From assembly GCF_000400465.1 (NCBI RefSeq), contig NW_008806283.1, forward strand, positions 20,001 through 144,000: a DNA stretch of 124,000 bases, read 5' to 3'. Under the pieces are notes generated by a model. That model made no database searches. It worked only from the letters and a program-made list of their open reading frames with translations, and had not been told where the DNA came from. Positions 116,309-124,000 of this stretch are shown here, piece by piece. Position numbers and translations under genes: made by a program. Numbering within the stretch: position 1 is the stretch's first letter; each line of letters starts with the position of its first letter. This DNA is from Wallemia ichthyophaga EXF-994. Taxonomy: Eukaryota > Fungi > Basidiomycota.

Positions 116309-116654
116309 ATGGCTTCGACATCAGAGAACAAGATATCCAATTTGGTGGGTTTTCATGGGTTATAATAATGAATAAGCTAATGGCCTTGATAGACAGACAA
116401 ATGCGTCGCTAACTTTGCAGTCAAAGCAGCAGCTGGATTGGGTGTTGGCGTGCTCACATCAGCCATCATATTCAAGAGAAGAACGTGGCCAATTACGTTG
116501 TTTACCGGATTCGGTGCTGGATATGCATACTCAGACTGCAACAGGTTGTTTAATCCATTGGCAGGTGGGTGAAATGTGTTTCTGATTTACAAACTAAAAT
116601 TGCACAGTACCCGGTTTAAAGATACAACAGCCAGATCAAGCTGATCAAAAATAG
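116309..116654 (+). CDS. MIC10: MICOS subunit Mic10 (3 exons)
   Basis: MASTSENKISNL|TDKCVANFAVKAAAGLGVGV..FKRRTWP..GFGAGYAYSDC..NPLA|VPG. Confidence 0.9.
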
Positions 116655-116691
116655 AATAATTTGTAGCGTTGATTGATTTCGATTTCTCTTG

Positions 116692-116952
116692 ATGGAGGAC
116701 TACGATTTTGACAGTGATAATGAGTTTAAAGCTGGTTTGAGGCGTTTGGGGGATAATCCATCTGATGAGGTGGTTCAACAGGCTAAACAGTTTTACTACG
116801 CCAGACTCACACCTAGCTTGAACAGCGTGGTTGAGGCGATTAACACTGGTAAATCTCTTTCACTACCGCACACAAGCACAATTCCGAGCACGGTCGTGGC
116901 AGACCAACCATCATCATCCTCTACGCAGCAGCCAAAGAAGCCGTGGGATTGA
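116692..116952 (+). CDS. PEX14-like KPWE-domain protein (PEX39-like peroxin)
   Basis: YDFDSDNEFKAGL..AKQFYY helical domain, SLNSVVEAINTG, terminal KKPWD. Confidence 0.75.
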   Translation: MEDYDFDSDNEFKAGLRRLGDNPSDEVVQQAKQFYYARLTPSLNSVVEAINTGKSLSLPHTSTIPSTVVADQPSSSSTQQPKKPWD

Positions 116953-117003
116953 GGTGTCGTTTCTGGTTCTTATGTCCAATGTCTCATCTATCAAATACTT
117001 CAC

Positions 117004-118377
117004 TCAGTCGAGTCTTCTCTTATAAACCTCCAAATCAACGCCATGACTCGCAAGCAATCCCAATAAATGTCCCTGGGAGTCGATACTCTCACCGCTGTAC
117101 TTGATTCGCTCATGGATAATCCTCACCATAGCCTCATACTTAGCATCCTCCACCTGCCAATTAGGATGTTTAACTTGGACAGGCTGAGTGATTTCCACCG
117201 CTCTCTTGAGGAATACCTGACTGTTATTGATTAGTGTGGTATAGTTTACATTCCCGCTGCCAACGAGCAGAGCTCTCAGTGTCGACGCACCCGCGACAGC
117301 CATAAGGATCTTAATTTGGTTAGCGAGTGACTGAGGATCGATACTGCCGATGGATTTAAGTGCTATTTCCATCTCGAGTGCTGCCTTGAAGAGGGACTGC
117401 GCCTCACATAGCAATTCCCAGCTGGAGACGCCTGAGACGCCACTCTTAGCCACTTCTACCAACACCTCTGCCAGCTCGCAGTGTGCTTCTACTGCCCCGC
117501 TATCTCTTCTCCCGCTGCGCAACTCGAGCACGTGTCTAAACTCAGCCACTATTGTTTGAGCCTGTGATTGAAATTGCGGTTGTGGTTGTGATTGCGATTG
117601 TATTTGCATCTGCAACTCTCCTAGGTGTATTTTGGCCTGTAGGAGGAGAAGCGTGTCTGTCTCCTTGAACTGCTCATCGACTGCGTTGTTGAGGGTGAGT
117701 GCCTCGTTGAGGGCCATCTGCGCGTGTGCCAGAGTGTGATCAGTGTTTGTGCTAGTGCCATCATCGACATCGACCACATCCTGCAATTTGAGCAGCACAT
117801 CAACGAGAATTTTGATATTCTGCACGATTTGATAGGGTGGGAGGGAGAGTGAGAGTGAGGCGCCGCCGCCAACATCCATAGCAGCAGCAGCAGCATAACC
117901 ACCACTGTCCGCACCCACAAAAGACTTCTGTTCTGCCACTAAACCGCGCAACAAATCGACGCAATGGGAGAAGGCATCAGCAGCGTCACGATCCGCCCCC
118001 AAATCAGCATGCAGTTCACCAACAGATACAGCAGACTGAATTGCGTTGTAGAGAGCGTCAAACCTGCCGATTTGGTTGGGTGGGTTGAATCGACCAGCGA
118101 CCTCCGCCGCGCTGATGAACAAACGATACGCCTCTTGCAGATAGACAAACGCGTCCGGAGGATGCTTATAGCCGCCACCAATCTCTAGACGTAGGCGAGC
118201 AGAGTTGTAGAGTGCGTCGTAGTGACTGCCCTGCTCACTCTCAAGTACCGCCGCATAGAGCGACAAGGCCTTCTCGTATCTCGCAACAACTTTCACGTCG
118301 TATCCCAATCTCTCAGCCTTATCTTCAATGTCCACCGCTTCGTCGTAGATTTCTTCTATGTCTGTGTGTTTGGGCAT
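117004..118377 (-). CDS. TPR-like helical repeat protein
   Basis: YEKALSLY, YDALYNSARL, FDALYN helical repeat pattern. Confidence 0.55.
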   Translation of the reverse strand: MPKHTDIEEIYDEAVDIEDKAERLGYDVKVVARYEKALSLYAAVLESEQGSHYDALYNSARLRLEIGGGYKHPPDAFVYLQEAYRLFISAAEVAGRFNPPNQIGRFDALYNAIQSAVSVGELHADLGADRDAADAFSHCVDLLRGLVAEQKSFVGADSGGYAAAAAMDVGGGASLSLSLPPYQIVQNIKILVDVLLKLQDVVDVDDGTSTNTDHTLAHAQMALNEALTLNNAVDEQFKETDTLLLLQAKIHLGELQMQIQSQSQPQPQFQSQAQTIVAEFRHVLELRSGRRDSGAVEAHCELAEVLVEVAKSGVSGVSSWELLCEAQSLFKAALEMEIALKSIGSIDPQSLANQIKILMAVAGASTLRALLVGSGNVNYTTLINNSQVFLKRAVEITQPVQVKHPNWQVEDAKYEAMVRIIHERIKYSGESIDSQGHLLGLLASHGVDLEVYKRRLD

Positions 118378-118497
118378 ATGCGTGGGTGTGGTGGTGTAAG
118401 AATTGCTGATCGATTCAGATATCTATATCACTGTAGGGTATTTGGTTTCAATCTCACTTGCATTTCAATTCAAACTTCCTTTTCCGTCTTGTCGCTT

Positions 118498-119285
118498 ATG
118501 TGCACCCATTTCACCTACAAAATCAGTAGCAATGGCTACACACGCAAGCAGACACAGACACAGAAACTGGGCTACGAGGAGATATTGCAGGTATCTGCGC
118601 AACTCCACTCCATTCCACTCAAATGCATAGCCAGCCTGGGTTGGAGAGATAGCGACGGTGACGAAATAACGTTCAATTCAGACTTGGAGTTGGAGTGCGT
118701 GTATCAAGAGCAGGGGAGGAGTATTTCGGTGTGGGTAAACACAAATACCCAAGTAGCTTCTTTGGAATCCCCGGTATACGCCCAGCACGTTTCCTTGGCG
118801 GGAATTAGTGGGGAGAAGACGGAAATGAAGAATGAGTTGAATAAGCTGAGGGAGACATTGACAGCCCCGCCTCCACCTACGAGCACACGTCCCAACGCTG
118901 TTTACAGGGCACAGCAAGTGCTTTTACCCATACAAGGACCACCTGGAGAAGGATAATTATAAAAATACTCATATTCATTCCAATTGCTGTTGTATTTCGA
119001 ATATTCATGTATTTTGCTTCGTTACACCTCTCAAACACTCCAAACATGCGAGAAAAGAGACAAGAGAAATCCAACACACAAACCACGGAAGAAATCTGCA
119101 GAGACGTCGTTCGACACCTATCAACAGCTCAAATACCCATCAAACCGCTTCCAAGCGTGGAGGAGGTGTTGCGCGAGTCTCATTTGGCCTTCGTTCGTGG
119201 AGAGGGGGTTAGCAACGTGATCGAAAGACTCAAAGGTGCTAGGCTAACTGCTGCCAGACTACCCGGTGCCTGGGTGGAGTTGTAA
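118498..119285 (+). CDS. PB1-domain protein, spliced
   Basis: HFTYK N-terminal basic strand and OPCA motif WRDSDGDEITFNSDLEL. Confidence 0.65.
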
Positions 119286-119320
119286 GCATCTTTGTGTTTA
119301 CACCTTCAACACCCTCCATC

Positions 119321-119596
119321 ATGCCACAAGCATACAGATTAGCAGATATAGCACACAGATCATTCGTTAGTGTATTGGCAGGTGTTACTGTGAGTCGTTG
119401 AGTGTTACACAGCCACTCTCAACTTAACAGCTCCAGATATACGGCACTTTCACTCTTCTATCGGGCTACAACAACCACAAGCAAATGAGATTAGAGGCTC
119501 TTGAGAGGCATCAAGTGGGTTTGGAGTAAAAGCGTGTGCCTGTAGCTAACACTGGCTATTCAGATGTCCCTAAAGGAGGAAGAGAAGCAGATATAA
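119321..119596 (+). CDS. COX14: Cytochrome c oxidase assembly factor Cox14-like (3 exons)
   Basis: MPQAYRLADIAHRSFVSVLAGVT|LQIYGTFTLL.. resembles the COX14 N-terminus; canonical GTGAGT/GTGGGT introns. Confidence 0.72.
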
Positions 119597-119632
119597 TGTA
119601 TTAAAATTTATATTTATTCTAATTTACTTGAT

Positions 119633-121081
119633 CTAAAGCATCCCCTCTACACCCATCCACAGCAGGAACCTCGTGAACAAACTAACTTTACGTTGTGGCT
119701 GCTTGAATGTCTTCTCACTAACCTCAGTACTGCAGCTATTCAATTCCTCTACCTCCCCTTGCAGCCTCTTTTTCAGCTCGCCACTACTCGTCATCAACAG
119801 AAAACTCAACTCAAGGTCGAGATTGCTACTTCGTCCACTGAGGTTCGAACTGCCGATGAGAGTGGCCATAGCATCATCTGCACTCTTCTCATTACGTATC
119901 CATAGCCCTTTGCAGTGGTAAGTCCAACCATTTCTCCGCCATTCTTTCAATTGGAGTGAGTTATGGCGGTGGTGTTTGATAGACGATGTGTAGAATTTAC
120001 TCATTAGATGCGTATATGCCTCCGGTATACGCCCACTAACTCCCCTGCTACCTAAAAATCCATTAGCATCCGGTGATGCAGCTATTATCCATGTCGGTAC
120101 TCGACTCTCCATTACGCGCCGCTTGTAACCCCCACCCAAGCTAAAGTAACCAGATGTCATGTGAAGTATAGCGCCAGGAATGCTGTTGATTGCGTCAAGA
120201 AGATAGTGCACCGAATCCTCCTCCTCCCTCACACCCCACAAACCAGACTGGATGAGCGGATAAATGGTGGTGTCGTATTGTGGCTGGTCTACTTGTTCAT
120301 TACTCATGCGACACTGTCTGCGAGTGAAGTGTTCCATCTCCTCACGCGCTTTATCGCTGAATGCACTAGCTGGTGCATCATTCTCCCATCGCACATCATC
120401 TGAGTCGCACAGTTTATAACTGAAGCGCGTCATTAACTCGACAAAAGCGCGTAAATAGTTGGATAACTGGAAATGATCAGTAATTTGCATATATCTGTCT
120501 TGTCTGTTTGTGAAATAAGACGTGTTTAGATTCGCCCCCGAAAGAAGAACAGTGTCATCGAAGCAGTATATCTTGGTGTGTTGTGTACCAAAACCTTCTA
120601 TAAATCTGGGCGGTATAAACCGTTGTAAGATGCCCAAATTGGTGTTTGGTTTGTGGAGAAATACCCTCACTCTATTGCCAAAGAGGCGTACCAGAGGGGA
120701 AATCAGACTGGCTGGTGAGTGTGGTGGGTGTGCTTGGCGTGTAAACCTATTGAAATCGGCGAGTATAGTGACTGTGAGCTGCTGATTCTCTCTCAGACGC
120801 CGCTGCAACAGTCCCACCAACTCATTCTGTTCTTCGCCGATATAGAGGGTGGAAATGTAGATAGAGCGTTGGGCTGTGTTTATATGATGTATAAATCGCC
120901 TATGGAAGTCAATAGGCTTGCTCAACAAGTCAATTTGCTTCGAATTTGCTTTGAAAGAAGGGTGTCTGTTGCACAGCCAGGGGTATAATTCATCGATGCG
121001 ATGTGGGTGATGTGTGCCGTGACTTGTGCCTTTAATTGGAATCTTCGGGATCTGATTGAACCAGTTCCTTAAGAAACCCAT
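119633..121081 (-). CDS. PGS1: Phosphatidylglycerophosphate synthase (PLD superfamily)
   Basis: IYISTLYIG, QHTKIYCFDDTVLLSGANLNTSYFTNRQDRY, WTYHCKGLW, IGSSN. Confidence 0.93.
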   Translation of the reverse strand: MGFLRNWFNQIPKIPIKGTSHGTHHPHRIDELYPWLCNRHPSFKANSKQIDLLSKPIDFHRRFIHHINTAQRSIYISTLYIGEEQNELVGLLQRRLRENQQLTVTILADFNRFTRQAHPPHSPASLISPLVRLFGNRVRVFLHKPNTNLGILQRFIPPRFIEGFGTQHTKIYCFDDTVLLSGANLNTSYFTNRQDRYMQITDHFQLSNYLRAFVELMTRFSYKLCDSDDVRWENDAPASAFSDKAREEMEHFTRRQCRMSNEQVDQPQYDTTIYPLIQSGLWGVREEEDSVHYLLDAINSIPGAILHMTSGYFSLGGGYKRRVMESRVPTWIIAASPDANGFLGSRGVSGRIPEAYTHLMSKFYTSSIKHHRHNSLQLKEWRRNGWTYHCKGLWIRNEKSADDAMATLIGSSNLSGRSSNLDLELSFLLMTSSGELKKRLQGEVEELNSCSTEVSEKTFKQPQRKVSLFTRFLLWMGVEGML

Positions 121082-121130
121082 CAAATACTCCCGATGACTG
121101 TCTTCTCGATACCATCACTACCGACAATAG

Positions 121131-122890
121131 ATGATTGATGATTTCTACGAATATTTATCTAACAAATCCAATGGAATCGCTGTAGATCATCTAAAACTGG
121201 TTAGCTGTCTTCTACTGAGCTACCCACTCTCTCACTGTGAGCCCAACCACTAAATACGGTATCATCCACTCAAAGTCCCCTAGTATTCTTGCGTATTCCA
121301 CCTCAATATCCAAATCTACGTCACGCCTTTAATCTATCCTCTTCTCTTTTCTTCCTTGTCGGGATATTCTCACTTAAATGGGGTCTAATCAACCTCATCC
121401 TAAACTCTGTCATTAGTTACTCCCTGGCACACACTCTATCCAGGTACAAACACATGCCGTGGATCGTTATGGCTTTTGCCATGTCACACCTCCTATGTTT
121501 CCACCTACGACGCCTAATCCACACTACTCCCTCAACCTCGGTCGAAATCAGCGGTAGTCTGATGGTTCTCATCCAGCGTACAACCACCTACGCCTGGAAT
121601 GTCCATGATGGCTGCTGTACCGATGCCGAATTGCAGGAATTGCAGGATCACCAGAAAGACAACCGCGTCACCCACAAACCCTCCCTCCTCGCTTTCCTCG
121701 CTTACACTCTCTACTTTCCCGCCATCCTCGTCGGTCCTGCGTTCCCATACGACGCGTATGCCAGTTTAGTGGATGATAGTCTATTTGAGACACCGCGCCC
121801 GCGCAAGCTCAAACTCAAAGGACGCAGACGGGCTGGATATCGTAGAATGGTATTTGGGTTATTTTTTTTGGCCATCTACGCGGTGTGGGGGGGATCCGCT
121901 GATATGTCCCGCCTCATTGACCCTGCCTGGCAGCGCAACCACACCATTCTGCGCCGCATCCTCTTCGTGCAGAAAGCAGGCGTCATTACTCGGTTTAAGT
122001 ACTACGCAGTCTGGTCCATCTCTGAGGGCGCGTGCATCATCTCGGGTCTCGGCTTCAATGGCTACAACGCCGCTAATGGGCGCACGCGCTGGGATCGGGT
122101 GCGCAATATCGACGTGCTCAGCGTAGAGCTGGCGCAGAACATTAAGGAGCTACTAGACGCGTGGAATATGAACACTAACATTTGGCTCAAGACTTGCGTA
122201 TATCTTCGCATCACTAGTCGTGGTGAAAAACCTGGTTTCGCGTCCACCCTCTTCACCTTCCTCACGAGCGCTTTCTGGCACGGCCTGCCTTTGGGTTACT
122301 ATCTTACATTCGTCTTCGGTGGGTTCCTCCAAGCTCTGGGGAAGATGGTGCGCAGGAATGTGAGACCGTTTTTCATCGCTACTGATAAACAAGGTGAACA
122401 AATTGAACAAGGCAAACACCTCAAATACCTCTATGATGTACTCTCCATCATTACCACACAGACGCTCATCAACTTTGCCGTTATCCCCTTCCTGCTTCTT
122501 GATTGGAGAGATAGTGTACGAGGATGGAATAGCGTGTGCTGGTATGGCGTAGTGGTGGTCGCGTGTGCTTTCGCCTATTTCAAAGGTTTCGGTGGCGTAG
122601 GGAGGTTACAGAGCAGACTACAGAAGCAGCAACGCGATGATACGCTCAACGACCTCCTCTTCGACGCCACCCCTACATCTGAGTTGAGAGATAGGGTGGG
122701 GCTGGACGAGGAGCTGTTGACAAGAGACGTTGACGAAATGATTCAGAAACTACTCTCTAATGGCTCACTCGCCAGTCGCGAAGCTGCGGATCAGATTAAG
122801 GATATGAGCAGCGACGGGAAGGCTATAACAAAGGCAGCGGTTAAAGACGCTGTTGAGGGAAATAGAAGTGGGAGTGGGAGTGAAATTTAA
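121131..122890 (+). CDS. ALE1: MBOAT lysophospholipid acyltransferase (Ale1-like)
   Basis: ISGSLMVL, YFPAILVGP, KYYAVWSISEG, AWNMNTNIWL, SAFWHG; first exon MIDDFYEYL.. Confidence 0.92.
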
Positions 122891-123152
122891 AGCAAAAGTA
122901 AATAACCACTCATTTTATGTTTTGTGTTTTGTGTTTTACGATGAAATGAAAATTTTGATATCATTGTTTCGTCGTTCGCGGTTGTGTGCTGTAAACCGGA
123001 ATGGTATATACTCACTAGCCAGCACCCACACACACATCTTAAGTATAAACTTGGCATCTATCCAAATGTCACCCACTTCGGGTATTAAAGTCAACTGATT
123101 CTTGTGGAAATACCACCAACTAGTGTAATTTATATCATAAGATCAATAAACC

Positions 123153-124000
123153 ATGGTAGATACACAACCAGCCAGTCTGCACTCACTACCTGCTGAGTTG
123201 CTGGATATGGTGTTGATACTGCAGCCGCAACTCGCAAAGACATGTAAATACCTCTACAACCTCAATCTAAAGAACGATTTCGCCATCGTTAGAGGTCCGG
123301 GTTGCAAAATACGCGGGGTGTCCCACTACACATTCTCAGAAACTCCCGTTAAGCTTATCGGTGGTTTTAACGGGCAGCTGAAACGAATGACGATACTACC
123401 GTGTGCAGATTACATCAGAAAGCTTTACGTGAATATGCACAACACCAAGTCAGGTAGGTGGGGGTGAAACGTCGAAATCCGGGGATGATGAGCGCATAAA
123501 TAACTCAAAACAGGTAAAATGGGCTCGTATATCAACACACTAGCTAATCACGTTTGCGCATTCACCAACCTCCACCAGCTGACAGTAACGTTGAGTTCCC
123601 TTTACCACATACTTGCTATGAAGAATATTGTCATGGAGAATATATCCACGCTGGTGCTCGAATGCAGGAGTTTCTACCTCGAAGATAGTGAGCCGGATGA
123701 TGTGGTGGACTTGCTGCTCACCTCCTTCCCCAATCTCGAGAAAGTGCTCTTGTACGCCGGGAATGACTTCAGAGGCTCGGCGGAGAAACTTAAGAAAGTG
123801 TTTAGCGAGAAAATGCCAGCCTCTAGATACCTACAATATGCTGTTATATTATATAGGAGCTGGAGCAATGTCTCCTTGACATCGACAATGGTTTACCTCA
123901 ATGAATACATACGGGTAGGTGGAGGTGGACGTGAACACGGAAATTTGAAATACACACGCACAGCTCTCGCCCCAATATGCACACCAAATCTGCTCAAGGT
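123153..124000 (+). CDS. F-box-like protein, spliced, 3' end uncertain
   Basis: SLHSLPAELLDMV F-box-like start followed by LRR-like segments. Confidence 0.5.

Noticed and set aside
57757-122890. Lipid-metabolism genes (PLD, PAQR, PLC, PGS1, ALE1, ERG1) as a functional cluster
   Set aside because: Scattered among unrelated housekeeping genes over more than 100 kb; only the PGS1/ALE1 divergent pair is adjacent

Overview
Eukaryotic (fungal, basidiomycete-type) chromosomal DNA. It is extremely gene-dense, with short (~45-55 nt) GT-AG introns, about 65 protein-coding loci and one intron-containing tRNA-Gln(TTG). The compaction, acidic secreted proteins and class I hydrophobin suggest a Wallemia-like xero/halophile (inference, not verified). 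Most of the window is housekeeping genes (ERG1, CAP2, myosin-motor chitin synthase, RPL18/RPL20, SPC105, CDC42, PLD, SLA2, 14-3-3, ADE2, RRP5, SEC27, PLC1, PGS1, ALE1). Several small spliced genes missed by the ORF track were reconstructed by hand (TIM13, MIC10, MIC12, COX14, a WW microprotein, hydrophobin). The most notable discovery is a family of at least 7 tiny secreted-peptide precursor genes and pseudogenes in two gene-poor islands (35.0-37.1 kb and 39.9-44.9 kb) flanking a CLASP gene. They share a signal peptide, a phase-0 intron after codon 21-22, and R/KR-delimited (Kex2-type) amphipathic repeat peptides; several end in a conserved AG(L/F) tail. They show birth-and-death evolution, segmental duplication and an apparent gene-conversion tract. 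Other themes are ultra-short intergenic gaps (13-55 nt, possibly polycistronic or overlapping transcription), a recurrent (C/T)AACCACCA leader motif, start codons split by introns, and several pseudogenised or frameshifted loci. No transposon, CRISPR or rRNA was recognisable. All exon boundaries are manual inferences.
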